NCBI GenBank assembly: GCA_964199315.1
Contig: OZ116708.1
Coordinates: forward strand, 26,288,001-26,352,000
From: Orbicella franksi
Taxonomy: Eukaryota
Length of the DNA stretch: 64,000 nt
Direction of reading: 5' to 3'
Shown here: positions 26,644 to 40,718 of the stretch, piece after piece
Layout of the letters: each line of letters opens with the position of its first letter
Numbering within the stretch: the first letter of the stretch is position 1
The notes under the pieces: generated by a model
What the model was told of the DNA's origin: nothing
The model's database searches: none
The model's input: only the letters and a program-made list of their open reading frames with translations
Program-made: the position numbers and the translations under genes

Positions 26644-28013
26644 CAATATGTGTGTTTATATAGCAGTGTTGCGAAAGCTGAGCTCTCGTTGAGCTAGCTA
26701 GGAATGTCCGCGAAAACCCGAGTACGAAGAGCGAGAGGCTGGTACTGACATGAGTCGGCACTAAGATGACGAGCCTTATCGCGCTGGTCAGTATAAACAG
26801 CAAACCAAGTCACATAAATTTTAAACGGAAAGAGATTTTGCGAAAACCTATAAAACTTGATGTCTGGATCTTCTATTCATTGCTTGTACATGCATATTAC
26901 ACGGTTTTAGCTTAAGCCCGTAATCATCTACTGATAGCATGCCAAAACAATGTTGATAAGAGAAGTCTAAACCAAATACTCAAAATCAGTAAAAAAATCG
27001 ATGGGCTTAATTAATGGCTTGACTTTTTATCCAATCATCGCGCGAGGTAAATAAAATAGGGGATTCCCCGTAAGAAAATTTGTCAGAAATGGACTAAAAA
27101 TCTCAGAAGTGGACGAAATTCAAAACCGTCGCCCAAAGATGAAAAAAAACGCAGAATTTTCGTCAGATATTCTGACCCATTTGCTTCTTGTGGTTTTAGC
27201 GCATTGGGAAATCGTTATTTGGTACTTTTTGTCGGCCAAAAAAGATAATTTGAACGAAACCTTTCTGTCGTGAAGCAAATTTTCCTAGCAAAACTATCAG
27301 CCGATTGACCCTTCGAGGGCCACTGCATAGCCAAGCAGAGCTCGTTTGACACAGGAACAAGAGGTTCCACAGAGGGTAAACTTGGCTTCATCCATGTGGA
27401 ATTTTACTTTTTCAGCGCTTGTGGTTCATCATATCAATCCCTTCGAACCGTTCAAAGAGTATCTTTGTAGAAAGAGCAGCCGTGTACTTTACATGTTTAT
27501 ATCCGTAACTGGGAAAACATTTATGAAGAGTACCACAAACCAGGAATACCTACAACCGCAAAGGACTGCTGAAATCGATGCTGAGATCGTATTCTCGTGA
27601 CGCGCTCCCATAAACAGCAAATCAAGTCACACAAAACTAAGATATTACAGATCATATGCATTACGGTTAAAAATCATGTCGCACGTTTTCAAGCCAAAAC
27701 ACTTGCGAAAACCTATATGAGAGCAGTACTCAAAATTATACAGTAGCGTCGACGGTGAAAAACGAGTAAGAAACAGATGTCTTCCGTGATCGATAGTCCA
27801 AGATTGGAATTTTGTCGACACCAAACGCTTAAGTTTGACTCGGTTCTGAGAAATGAATATTCAAACTCTACACGACTTTCTATACTATAACGTAAAAACA
27901 AATTTAAAACAAGTCAAGAAAGAAAATGAAGAAAAAATGGAATCGAAATTTCGTAAACAACACACTGTTTGTAACTTTAAATTCTGATACAGCTAGTTCA
28001 TTCAAAATCGTAC

Positions 28014-28171
28014 CTCATCATACACGCTCTGCACAATCTACGTCCACAAGTTGTCTGCAGTACGGGCTCTCGAAGCTCTAAAGAGCAAATAGCGCATTTG
28101 TTGTCGCTTAATTCCTCTGCGACTGAATTAAATCCACAGATGCTTGAACCTCCGTTCCTTTTGTTGTCCAT
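28014..28171 (-). CDS. TRAF6: TRAF6-like first exon V1, RING 5' half; Zn-ligand His replaced by Arg
   Basis: MDNKRNGGSSICGFNSVAEELSDNKCAICSLELREPVLQTTCGRRLCRACMM-AG|gtacga; 158 nt; in-frame TAA two codons before the ATG. Confidence 0.85.
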
Positions 28172-28321
28172 ATTTTAGAGGTCTTAAATTGAAGATCCTG
28201 CAAGCTAAGCACTGTGCGTAGCTTAAGTTCACGCGAATGTCGCGCCTCGAAAATGTAACTTCGATCATGTGTTGCTTTGGTTATTAAATTTACAGGAAAT
28301 CATTCGTGACAATTAAACCAT

Positions 28322-28355
28322 CCAATCAGACCTCTTTTTCAGAGAATCTACCAAT
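28322..28355. promoter_or_regulatory. Paired CCAAT boxes upstream of V1
   Basis: CCAATCAG at 28322 and 28351, about 150-180 bp 5' of the ATG. Confidence 0.5.
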
Positions 28356-30607
28356 CAGTTCAGCAAGCTAAAACTAAATCCTAAATCATGTGCTGCCAAC
28401 TACTGAGCTCATGCATAACCATGTACATAACCATGGCAACCAGACTTTTGGATTCCCAGAACTAATGATCATTTTCCCAGAAATTAATTATAACTTGCAC
28501 ATTCGAATCGAAAGCGGATGTTTCTACTGGACAAAACAATTTTAATTACGTCTAGACAGATCACCAAATTGGGGCAATTGTCGTGTTTAGTTTTCGTTTC
28601 CAGTTATTTTTGCTTTTGGACTGAAATCTTCAACACGAAGAGTGTTTTTCGACAACAGATGAAAGCTGATTTTGTCCAGCAGAAGTCTGTGATTCTTCGT
28701 GGAATTATTCGTGACCATACATTGATGCCAGCACCTTCTTACAGCCTCGATTGCTGGTAACATCTGCACGGCTTGTGCTTCGGGCTGCCATTTGTTTTAT
28801 ACGGAAGTTAAGTGTTGGTTGTAGACAATTTTCGCACTGATCGTCACATCACATCACGAGCCGCCATTAGCACGAGCGAATTGGCAATGGTCGACGGTGG
28901 TTAGTTGTATTCGTTGGAAGGCTTCATCAAAACATGTCGCTTTTCAACTTTGGGAGTTCAGTTTGTACAGCAACAAACTGTGCTCTGGACGAACTGCTGA
29001 AGAGGACAAAGTTTCAAGTATGTATTCAATATGTCTAATGATTATGCCATGATATTGAAAGTCTTTATGGTCTCTAAAGTTGTTCTTTTGAAAAGAATTC
29101 TCAGCTATGAGTTTGTATACAAGTTATTTTTGGCTTGATCACTCTAGCGACGATCGCCATTTAAATTTAGTTTGATGATTTCATAGTAGTGGAAGTCAGC
29201 ACTTTGCGGCCAATATTGCACTTGCTAGCAATCGTGTTTTGTAAAACCATCCATCAAACACACCGTGCATGCTCCTACAACTCTATGTTACAAATCTTCA
29301 GCTAAAGATTCAGCAAATTTCTTTCCTACAAGGTCAGAATGAAGGCATCACAGTGCGTGACGCCTTAATAAAATTTTGGCGTAAGGATCATTACATTGAA
29401 ATGCCTCACAACAAGCTGCAACGTCAAAGGGTGTTTTAACAGAATAATTGGGCCGAGATCTAGAGTTGGTTCTTTGCTTTGTTGATACACGATTTGCTTA
29501 CATTTTGAAAACAGCCTGCTTCATGAAAAAGTGAATCGTAACTTCACGTAAAAGTTTAGAATTACATACTCAATACATCCAACATTAAGAAATTTGGGTT
29601 GTCGATACATGATTTTTCTACATTTTGAAAACAGCCTGCCCATGAAGAGGTGAATACGTCCTTCACGTAAAAGCTTAGAATATCGTAATCAAATTCAATA
29701 CATCCAACATTTGGGCAAATTAGGTTTATATTTCGTAACTTAAAAATTAAGGTTTACAAAAAACGTACGCGAGTCCGCTTAGAAGTAGTCTAAATAATCA
29801 ACTCACTATTGCACGATTGATGTAGTATAACAATTTCATTTCCCAGGAGCAAGAGCTGGTTTAGTAACTTTTAACCGCAGCATGCAATCGTATCCTAAAC
29901 TTATTGATCGTCTGCTTTTTCGTGCGGATCGAATCCGATTGACAGCGGGGCACACAGCCTAATTTTAATTGGCTTAGACTGGAGGTGCGTTCGGAGGCGC
30001 GCTTTATGACAATTTGCAAACAAAGTGCAAAACATTACAGGCCAAAGCAAGACCTGTGTAATATACATAATGTGATGAGGATCCCGGCATCAGGTTTCAT
30101 AGATTTTTGCAAGTTTTTTTCGCCGAAAAAAAAGAGTTGCGTATCCAGCACTAGTAGCCTTTCTTAGTCCTTATCTACCTCGCGAGTCTTCACACCGTCG
30201 GGTTTTGAGCGTCGCGAACATTTCTCTTGATCCCATCGAGCTGGCTCAACTTTCGCAGCTCCGCTTGTGGAGTCCAGGTAATAAGCTGAATTTTACAACA
30301 CTTTAACCGAGCTTTTAAGCCTTATCAACAAGTGACTACCCACCCCACCCCCCCCCCCCCCCGCTCCAAAACTCTGAATTGGTACAACAAAAATTCAAAA
30401 TTATGAAGACGCTTTCAGAATTGAATATTCTAGCGCTACCGAGGTCTACCGAGGCCTTAAAAAAAAAAAAACATGAAATCGAATAAAAAAGGCAATATTA
30501 ACTCGAGGAACAAAACGCTCGAGCACTTACGGTATCATATACAATGGAATCAGAATTTCGCTGACTGCAAACTAGTCAAAATTTATACAGTTAACTCACA
30601 TACACAC

Positions 30608-30727
30608 CTCATGATACAGCCTCTACAATGTCGAAAATCGGTTACAATTGCATCTTGAAGCTCCGAACAGCAAATAACACATCTGTTTTCACTAAATTCC
30701 ATTGTAATTGAATAAAATCCACGGATA
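30608..30727 (-). pseudogene. Degenerate RING 5' exon V2
   Basis: SIRGFYSITMEFSENRCVICCSELQDAIVTDFRHCRGCIM-AG|gtgtgt; CGHxF eroded; only an internal ATG (30702), still in phase. Confidence 0.7.
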
Positions 30728-31750
30728 GAGAAAAATGTTCTCGCCCACGTCTTGACCTTTCGTCGTTATATATAACTAATGAAACGTCCTGTCTTTTCCT
30801 TGGCCTTTTGTCCGCTTGTGTATCACGTGATTTTTGCTTCGCAGCCGGACGCGGTTCCTTGCCCGTGTTAACCAAACACTCCCAAAATGTATTTTTAGAG
30901 AGCGAAACGAAAACGGAAAATATCTCCAAGTTTTATATAGTATCACAGTATCATTTCCCACGAGCAAGAGTCACAATTCAGTAACGTTTAGGATTAACAG
31001 CGATATATCTCTGCAATCCCAGTAAGTAATTGACTGTTAATCGTCTGCTTATTTGTGTTCGTCGAATCAGATTGACAGCGGGACACAGAGCTCGAATATA
31101 ATTGGCTTTTACTGGAGCTGTGTTAGGAGGTGTGTTAGGAGGTGTAATCAACAGTCTGACCAACAGGAATAAAATTTATCCTGACTTGCAAGTCGATCTG
31201 CGACCCCGTTCGGAACGAGAGCTTGTCCGCGACATTTAAAACCGAGGACGAAGAGCGCGATCGCGCGATGAAGAGAATTTACCACAAGCCAGGACTACCT
31301 AGCGCTCCCATAAACAGCAAACCAAGTCAAACAAATTTCAAACCGGCAAACTGAGATATTACACATGCGTCACGGTGATAAATCATGCCTCACATTTTCA
31401 AGCCAAAACACTATGGAAAACCTATATGAGAACAGTCTCAGCCAAATACTCAAAATTATACAGGAGCGACGGTGAAAAAACGAGTACAAAAAAGATGGCT
31501 TACGTGATCGATAGTTCGAATTGGAATTTTGTCGACACCACACTAATCAAGAGTTTGACACGATTCAGTCGAATAGGCTTCCAGGAATTAATATTCAAAC
31601 ATTACACGACTTTCTATACTAACGCAAAATCAAATTTAAAAAAGTCAAAAAAAAAAATGAAGAAAAATTGGAATCGGAACGTTGTAAACAACGCACTCTT
31701 CTTAACTTCAAAAATTTTTATTGACACAAGTAGCTCATTTAAAATCGTAC

Positions 31751-31908
31751 CTGACCATGCAGTCTCCACAGAATCTATGTCCACAAGTTGCCTGCACTAA
31801 GGGCTCTCGAGGCACTAAATAGCAAATAGCGCATTTGTCATCGCTTAATTCCTCTGCGGCTGAACTAAATCTACAGATGCTTGAAGCTCTGTTCCTATTG
31901 GAGTCCAT
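31751..31908 (-). CDS. TRAF6: TRAF6-like first exon V3, intact RING 5' half
   Basis: MDSNRNRASSICRFSSAAEELSDDKCAICYLVPREPLVQATCGHRFCGDCMV-AG|gtacga; 158 nt. Confidence 0.9.
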
Positions 31909-32072
31909 ATTTTAGAGGTTTCAAATTGATGCACGAGATTGATATGAATATATACTCCAAACGGAGCAGTGTACGTAGCTTGAGTTCACGCGAACGTCGA
32001 AGCTCGAATATTTAGCTGCGATGTTGTTTTTGTTATTAAATTTACATGCAATTAACCGTGACTATAGACCAT

Positions 32073-32107
32073 CCAATCAGGTGTCTTTCTTCTAAAAATC
32101 TACCAAT
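32073..32107. promoter_or_regulatory. Paired CCAAT boxes upstream of V3
   Basis: CCAATCAG at 32073 and 32103. Confidence 0.5.
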
Positions 32108-34106
32108 CAGTTGACGGTGTAAGCGCGTGCTGGCACGGTTTAACGTTTTGAGATGTAGGTTCTTGGTATTTTCTCTCTTTTTCTGTCAATCAAAATCAAT
32201 ATCAATGTCAGGAAAGGAGCATGACACTCGTGCATGACAATCGGTGACCATCCAATCGTTTACTTTTTGTCTGAGAACTTAACAATAAGATCAGCATGTG
32301 ACCAAACGTTCCTAAAATGTATTTTTAGAGAGCGAATCGAAAGCGGGTGTATCTTGTGACGTTACTTTACAAAACAACTTTAATTAGGTCTAGACAGATC
32401 ATCACATTGTTTCAGTGCATCGCGGCGTTGTCGAATTCAGTTCCCAGTTATTTCTTCTTCTCGAATCTTCAACAAGTGTTCTTCGACCAAAAATGAAAGC
32501 TCCATCTTTCCGGCAAACCTCCGTGATTCTTCGTGTAATCATTGATGACCATTGACGCCAGCGCCTTTCTATCAAGCATCTTTAACAACCGTGATCGCTG
32601 ACATTATGTGCATGGCTAGGAACACCCAACTAGCAGATGTTTTATACGGGACTAACTTTGAAATTATTGGTTGTGGACAACTATCGCATTGATCATCGCA
32701 GTATAACAGGAATAATCAACGTTTTCGCATTTGTAAGCGACATCACTAGTCGCCATTAATAAGAACGAAGTGACAAAGGTCGTTCATGGACAGTTGAATA
32801 CGCTTGTGATTCGATCGAAGGCTTCATCAAAATATTTCGCTTTTCTACTTTGGGAGTTTTCGCGGCAACAAATAACGCTCTGGAAGAACTTCTGAAGAGG
32901 ACAAACATTCAAGTATGTATTTCCATGCTTTAATGACTACAACATGCTATTAAAATATTTTTAAGCTTATCTACTCTGAATAGTTCTTTTTAAAAGAGGT
33001 TAGTGACAAGTATGTAACTATACGGATGTTTTTAGTTTGATCTTACGACATTGGTCTGATTTATGACAGAATCGCAGCCAATTAATTATTGCCCTTCTTA
33101 GGACTTCTTCGTGTAACAAACACTCATCTATCGAACATCGTGCTAAGTGCTGTAACAACGCCATGTTGCTAAATATCTGCAGCTAGAAGCAATTGCGCTC
33201 CAGTAAGAACGAAATGAATTCCTTTCATTGTGTAACGGTTCACCTGATAAATTTTCATCGTAAACAAAACTGTTGAAATGCACCATTTCACACTGAGTTT
33301 TTAAGTAATAAGCTGCAAGATCGTTGCATGACCTTTCAACAAATTATTCAGTCGAGAGATATTCAAATACGTGTTGCTATTTTTTTCTGTCCAACATTTT
33401 GAACTGACCGGCAGCCTGCCCTATGAATGGGGCACTTCTTCCCTCAGGTAAAATACTCGCTGGAGGTTTCAATAAGTCTTTCCGTCGAAATTCTTAAAAT
33501 AATTTCGAGATCAGTCAATATTTAAAATAATTAATGCTAGTTTATGTCTAAGCATCTTGCCAAGTTTTAGTCACAAGTTTTAGTCTGATCGCACTCTGAC
33601 TAAGTTTAAACTGAAAATAAGTATTTTTTTTATTTTTGTTATTGAGTTTGCTTCACGAAGAACATAAATTTTCCAATATTTTAGTCAGTTAAGTTTACGT
33701 GATCTTACAGTTTTTTCACGTTTTCAAGCCAAAAATCTTGCGACTGACCTACATATGTTATGTATGTGCTATGAGCCGTGTCGCCAAATGCTCAAAATCA
33801 TACAGCAGCGAAGGTGAAAAAACGATTAAGATTAAAAAAATGGCTTACGGGATCGATAGTCCGAAATTGGAATTTAGCCGACACCAAACTAATCAAAAGT
33901 TTTACTCGATTCACTGGAACTGGTTTTGAGAAATGTCCGACGCACGACACACGACACACGACAAACCTTCATACCAACGTAAAATCGAATTTAAAACAAG
34001 TCAAGAAAGAAAATGAAGACAAAATGGAATCGGAATTTCTAAAACAACACACTATTTTAAACTTTAACAATTCTGATACAGTTAGCTCAATCAAAATCCA
34101 TCATAA

Positions 34107-34264
34107 CTCATCATACAGTCTCTACAGAATCTATGTCCACAAGTTGTCTGCACTAAGGGCTCTCGAAGCTCTAAATAGCAAATAGCACATTTGTCATCGT
34201 TTAATTCCTCTGCGACTGAATTAAATCCACGGATGCTGGAAGGTGTTTTCTTTCGGAAGTCCAT
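34107..34264 (-). pseudogene. RING 5' exon V4: intact coding sequence, splice donor mutated
   Basis: MDFRKKTPSSIRGFNSVAEELNDDKCAICYLELREPLVQTTCGHRFCRDCMM-AG|ttatga (GT changed to TT). Read-through stops after 5 codons. Confidence 0.8.
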
Positions 34265-37104
34265 ATTTTAGAGGTTTTAAATTGAAGGGAATATATTCTC
34301 CAAGCGAGGCAGTGTACGTAGCTTAAGTTCACGCGAAAGTCAAGCTGGAGCTTTGTGCCTCGATTATTTACCTGGCGCCGGATAGCAGGAAATTTCCCAA
34401 AATAACTACCAATAACGTCAGCGCCTGGGTTATTTTAGGTCATTATTTGTACCCTTCCGAAATAACGTTTCAGCAGCCATATTCAATCCAAAGATATTCA
34501 AGTACGTGTTGTTGTTGTTTTTTTTTTTCTGTCCAACATTTTGAACTGACCGCCAGCCTTCCCTATGAATGGGGCACTTCTCCCCTCACGTAAAATACTC
34601 GCTGGAGGTTTCAATAAATCTTTCCGTCGAAATTATTAACACAATTTCGAGATCAGTCAATGTTTAAAGATCAGTCAATAATTAATGCTAGTTTATGTCT
34701 AAGCATCTTGCCAAGTTTTAGTCACAAGTTTTAGTCTGATCGCACTCTGACTAAGTTTAATTAAAAAATAACCATTGTTTATTTTTGTTATTGAGTTTGC
34801 TTCACGAAGTTTATAAATTTTCCAATATTCCAGTCAGTTAAGTTTACATGATCTTACAGTTCGACTTTTAGATTCCCTGAATCCGAAAGGAACCCTAGCT
34901 AATTTGCATCTCGTAATTTGGAGTCAACTTTTAGAGATCACTGGATTCAGAACTAGTCAGTAATATCTGAAGTGAAATAATATCTTGAACTATAGGCATT
35001 GTAGTAATGCTGGAATCGTGGCTATCTAGGTAAAAGTCGAAAGAGTACGTTTGTTCATACTACTCTTCAAAGAACTCAAAGCCGTAGAACATTCCGGTGT
35101 CAAAGAAAAAAATTCCAATATTCATTTACCATCAAGACCTCATTTTCCACGTAACAAAGAGAGAGAGTTCAGTAACGTTTAGAATCATGATTAACATCAA
35201 CATATCTCTGCAATTACAGCATGTAATTGACTCAGTTGATTGTGTGCTTATTCGTGTGGATCGAATCAGACTGACCGCGGGACACAGAGTCCGATTTTAA
35301 TTGGCTTATACTGGAGGTGTAATCGGAGGCGGCGGCAGTTTTGTATTAAGTTGCAAAATTAAAAATTTTAAATTGTTTCGTAGCCTGCGAACACAGATGG
35401 ATTTCCAGCTTTTGCCCTTCGTAGGATGACAAATCTTGAATATTTGGTTGAAGTGTTGTAACATTTAGCTCATTACCTAAGCTTCCCACAAGTGGAGCTG
35501 CGAAGCTCCGAATGAGAAAAATATCCACGACGCTCAAAACCCTGGAGCGGAGTAGCACCGAGGTCATGCTGAGATTAACATCACATAAACAGCAATCCTA
35601 GTCTCAAACATTTTGCACAAAAGACGCATTATAACCGGCCTCATTTTCTCTTGAAGTGAAATATTACGGATATGAGTAGATTTTAAAAACAGACTGCGAA
35701 TAACAACGCGAATTACATTGTCGCGAATTATCACGAAAACCTACACATGGAAAGTTTACACCAATAATTTTTACAACAAGGTGAATGAATTGCATCAGAT
35801 TTCCGTTAATAAATTTCCTCGGCTTATTTGCTTGTTGACTGGTCGATTCTAACATTTGCTGCCAAATGGTCAAGTTAGTTGAAAATACAATCTCAAACTT
35901 AAATCTTTGCACTTTAAGTTTTTGTACCAAACAGGCAACTCTCTTAAATCGCTAATTTCGAATCGTTTTTTTTGCGGCTTGATGCTCAGACATATCAATA
36001 TAAAATACCCGTTGTCCTGATAGTCCACTTTGATATTGAACAATGATCCTGCTCGCTGTTTCATCGGTGAACTTAGATTCTTACTAATATTTCTAATTTT
36101 CAGTTTTGTTTCAATCATCATGTAAACTTCAGAGCATACTCATTCAGTTCTCCAAGAGTCAGATCAGACTCAGTGAACATGAGGTCAACAAATTCAGCTG
36201 GAATATCTATTTTTGCAGTTTATGGTTCACATGATCTTGTTTCGATTGTTTTGATTTCCTGAATTTGGCAAACCAAAACATCCCCTAATTTCCAGTCTAC
36301 TCAGTTTAGAGTGTGGAGAATTGAGAATTGGTCAGTCATATTTGAAGTGAAATATCTTTTCAACTATTGCCAAATCATGGAAAAAAGGTCCTCGTAGAAA
36401 ACGTTTTTCAGTCACCATAGTCTTCAAAGAACTTAAAAGAAACAGCTGAAGGAACAAATTCCAATATTGATGTACAAGAACTCCAGTGTAGTTAAGTAAC
36501 GTTTCAGTTGCGTTACTTTCAAGTCGAGCCGTTACCCCGGTGGGAACGAGAGAAATGTCCGCGACATTTAAAACTCGAGTGCGAAGAATGCGAGAAAGAG
36601 AAGTCTACCTACAACAGCACTGTGCCGAAATCGATGCTTCGATCATGTTGTCGTGTCGCGCTCCCATAGACAGCAAACCAAGTCACAAAATATTTCAAAC
36701 CAGCAAACTGAGATATTACTGATATGCGTCACGGTGAATAAGTCATGTTGCACGTTTTCAAGACAAAAAAAACTTGCGTAAAACTAGGTGACAGCAGTCT
36801 CAGCCAAATACTCAAAATTATACAGTAGCGGAAGGTCAAAAAAACTAGTAAGGAAAAGATGGCTTACGGGATCGATAGTCCGAAATTGGAATTTAGCCGA
36901 CACCAAACTAATCAAAAGTTTTATTCGATTCACTAGGATTGCTCTTGAGAAAATTTATGAACGACGCACACAACCACGACACACGTACGATAGACAACAA
37001 ACTTTATGACAGTAACGTAAAATCGAATTTAAAAAAAGTTAAGAAAGAAAATGAAGAAAACATGGAATCGGAATTTTGTACAGTTAGCTCATTCAAAATC
37101 GTAC

Positions 37105-37262
37105 CTCATCATACAGTCTCTACAGAATCTATGTCCACAAGTTGTCTGCGGTACGGGCCCGCAAAGCTCTAAATAGCAAATAGCGCACTTGTCGTCGTTT
37201 AATCCCTCTGCGACTGAATTAAATCCACGGATGCTGGAAGTTGTTTTCTTGTGGGAGTCCAT
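37105..37262 (-). CDS. TRAF6: TRAF6-like first exon V5, intact RING 5' half
   Basis: MDSHKKTTSSIRGFNSVAEGLNDDKCAICYLELCGPVPQTTCGHRFCRDCMM-AG|gtacga; 158 nt. Confidence 0.9.
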
Positions 37263-37430
37263 ATTTTAGACGTTTTAAATTGAAGGGAATATATCCTCCA
37301 AGCGGAGCAGCGTTCGCAGTTTTAGTCCACCGTCCAACTGAATTGCTCAGTACTATAGCTTCAAAGTTGTTTTTGCTATCTTCCGTAAATATAGCGACCT
37401 AGCGCGAAATCGAGCAGCGAAGTTAACCAT

Positions 37431-37466
37431 CCAATCAGGCCTCTCTCTTCCTGTGAATTTACCAAT
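37431..37466. promoter_or_regulatory. Paired CCAAT boxes upstream of V5
   Basis: CCAATCAG at 37431 and 37462. Confidence 0.5.
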
Positions 37467-40400
37467 CAGTTCAGAGTGGAGGCACGTGCTACATGAATGT
37501 TCTACATGTCAAAGTCCTTTTCTACCGGAAACAAATATTCACGAAAAGGAATTTATAATTCCAAAAGCCATATCAGATTGTAAAAAGTGAAAATTATGAA
37601 ACATTTCGAGCCTCCAAGCTTCTAATTTGGCGCCAACCTTAGGCAACTCGCTCGTAGTTCGTCGAGTATTTTGTCTTTGCTTGTACTTTTTTTACTTTGC
37701 ATTTTGCGAAATACAAAGAAAAACATCTAAAATGTATGCGAATTTGCAAGCTTTTGAGTTGTTTTTATTTTCCGTGCTCAGGCTGACGTAAGTGACCGGA
37801 AGTTAAATTTCACCCCCTTAGCAACGCGCGCGAGCGCGCGCATGAATCGGTTAATGGGCCCTTAAACCCAGAATTCTCAAGTAAATTATTAGAAGAGGCC
37901 AAAGCAACATTAGCGTTGTCTTTACTTGCTAGCAGCGCAGAAAATGACTCTTATTATGTCGTTTCGGTGGGACAGCTCGGTTTTGACTGCCGCTCGTATT
38001 CAATCAATCAATCAATCGATATATTTAACGTGGTTGGTACGCTTAGCTAAAAAGCTAGTTTACAGGTACGCCACGAAAAAAGAAAAAAAAAAAAAAACAG
38101 AAAAAAGATTGTATGCAAGGGACTCCATGCAGGACTGATCATGAGTCCATGAAAAAATATGACAAAATATGGCAAAATCAAGGCACGCTTAAAATGTTCG
38201 GGAAAGGAGCCCACATTCGTATTTAATCAAATGTCAGCGTAACCATGGTAACCAAACGTTTAGTTTTAGATTCCCAGAAATGTCGTTTCCCAGAAATGTT
38301 CAAAGAGCGATTCGAAAGCGGATGTATTTTGCGGCGTTTACTGGACAAAACAATTTTAATTACCTCTACACAGATAATCAAATTGGGACAAGTGTCGTAT
38401 TCAGTTTCCAGTTATTTGTTCTTTCAGAAATCTTCAACATAAAGGGTGTTCTTCGACAACAGATCAAAGCTGGCTTTATTCAGCAGAAGTCTGTGACTCT
38501 TCGTGGAATTATTCATGACCATGCATTGATGCCAGCGCCTTCTTACAGCCTCGACCGCTGTAATATGTGCATGGCTTGGGCTTCAGGCTGCCAGTTGTTT
38601 TGTACGACTACCTTTTAAAGTGTTGGTTATACACAATTTTCGCACTGATCGTCCCAGTAACAAAGGAATAGCGAACGTTTTCACATTTTTCAGAACGTTA
38701 TGAGCCGCCATTAATACGAGCGAAGTGGCACTGATCCACGGTGATTTATAGTTGTATTCGATGGAAGGCTTTATCAAAATATTTCGCTTTTCTACTTTGG
38801 CTATGGAAGAACTGCTGAAGTGAACAAAATTTCAAGTATGTATTCGTGGTCTCTACTGATCATAACATGATATTGAAAGTCTTTATGGTATCTAAAGTTG
38901 TTCCTTTGAAAAGAATTCTCCTTTATGAGTTTGTATACAAGTTATTTTTGGCTTGATCACTCTAGCGACGATCGCCATTTTAGTTTGATGATTGCATAGT
39001 AGTGGCAGTCAGTACTTTGCGGCCAATGCTGTACTTGCTAGGAATCGTGTTTTGTGAAAACCATCTATCAAACAAACTGTACATACTCTTACAACTCTAT
39101 GTTACAAATATTCTGCTAGACATTCAGCAAGTTTCTTTCCTACAAGGTCAGAATGAATGCATCACATTGCGTGACGCCTTAAAATTTCGGTGTAAAGATT
39201 ATTATATTGAAATACCTCATAATAAGTTGTAACGTTGCAGGGTATCTTCACAGAATAATTATTCGGCGAAGAGTTGGTTCTTTACTTTGTTGATACACGA
39301 TTTGCTTACATTTTGAAAACAACCTGTCCCGTTAAGAGGTGAATTATTCCTTCACCTGAAAGCTTAGAATGCTGTAAACAAATATTCATTCAACATTAAA
39401 AAAATCTGAGTTGTAGACATATGATTTTTCTACATTTTGAAAACAGCCTGCCCATGATGACGAGGTGAATTAGTCCTCCACGTAAAAGCTTAGAATATCG
39501 TAAACAAATTCAACACATCCCAACATTTGGGCAAATTAGGTTTATATTTCGTAACTTGAAAATTAAGGTTTGCAAAAAAACATAAGCAAGTCCGCTTAGG
39601 AGTAGTCTAAATAATCAACTTACTATTCCACGATTGTTGTAGTATCACAATTTCATTTCCCAGGGGCAAGAGCTACTTTAGTAACGTTTAAAAGCAGCAA
39701 TCGTATCCCAAACTTCTTGATCGTCTGCTTTTTCGCGTGGATCGAATCCGATTGACAGCGGGGCACAGAGTCTAATTTTAATTGGCTTACCTTGGAGGTG
39801 TGTTCGGAGGCGCGCTCTATGATAATTTGCATGAAACAAAATGCAAATTCGCATAACCAGTGACTGTTTTCTTTCTTGTACTATCTATAACATTGTAAGC
39901 CACCCTCTTTTCTTGACCTTATTATCTCGGTTTTGCTATTGATCTTTTTGTATTCGAGTTTACACCACTATATAATTTTGAGTATTAGGTTTAGATTGCT
40001 CTCAGTTACACTATTTCACATGGTATAAACACGCGTAAAACATTACAGGCCAAAGCAAAACCTGTGTAATATACAATTATTAATGTAAAGAGGATCCGGG
40101 CATCAGGTTTTATTGGTTTTTGGGAAGTTTTTCTCGCTGCAAAAAAAGTGTTACATATCCGGTACTAGTAGACTTTCTCAGTCCTTTGTGGTGTGCTCCT
40201 TTACCTCTCGAGTCTTCACACTCGGGATTTGAGCGTCGCGGACATTTCTCTTGATCCGATCGAGCCGGCCCAACTTTCGCAGCTCCGCTTGTGGAGTCTA
40301 GGTAATGTGCTTAATTTTACAACACCTCAACCGACTTTTCAAGCCTTATCATCCAGTGACTACCTCCAAAACTCTGAATTGATACAACAAAACTTCAAAA

Positions 40401-40587
40401 TTATGAAGACGCTTTCAAAATTGAATATTCTAGCGCTACCAAGGTCATAAATAAACTATAATCGAACAAAAAAAGCAGTAAATCGAGGAACAAAACGCTC
40501 AAACACTTACGGTATCATATACAATGAAATCAGAATTTCGTTGACAGGTAACTAATCAAAACTTATACAGTTAACTCACATACACAC

Positions 40588-40718
40588 CTCATGATACAGC
40601 CTCTACAAAATCTATGTTCACCATTGGTTCCAGTTGCATCTTGAGGCTCCGAACAGCAAATTGCGCATTTGTTGTCACTAAATTCCATTGTAGTTGAATA
40701 AAATCCACGGATAGAGGA
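40588..40718 (-). pseudogene. Divergent RING 5' exon V6 (third Cys lost)
   Basis: SSIRGFYSTTMEFSDNKCAICCSEPQDATGTNGEHRFCRGCIM-AG|gtgtgt; internal ATG at 40688 is in phase. Confidence 0.75.

Noticed and set aside
31375-31800. Plus-strand ORFs in the array (also 33778, 36788, 36939, 43985)
   Set aside because: Stops and frames are inconsistent between copies; the conserved coding signal is the RING exon on the opposite strand.
34388-34398. NF-kB-like site GGGAAATTTCC upstream of V4
   Set aside because: Single occurrence, not shared by other copies, and next to the donor-dead exon; compatible with chance.
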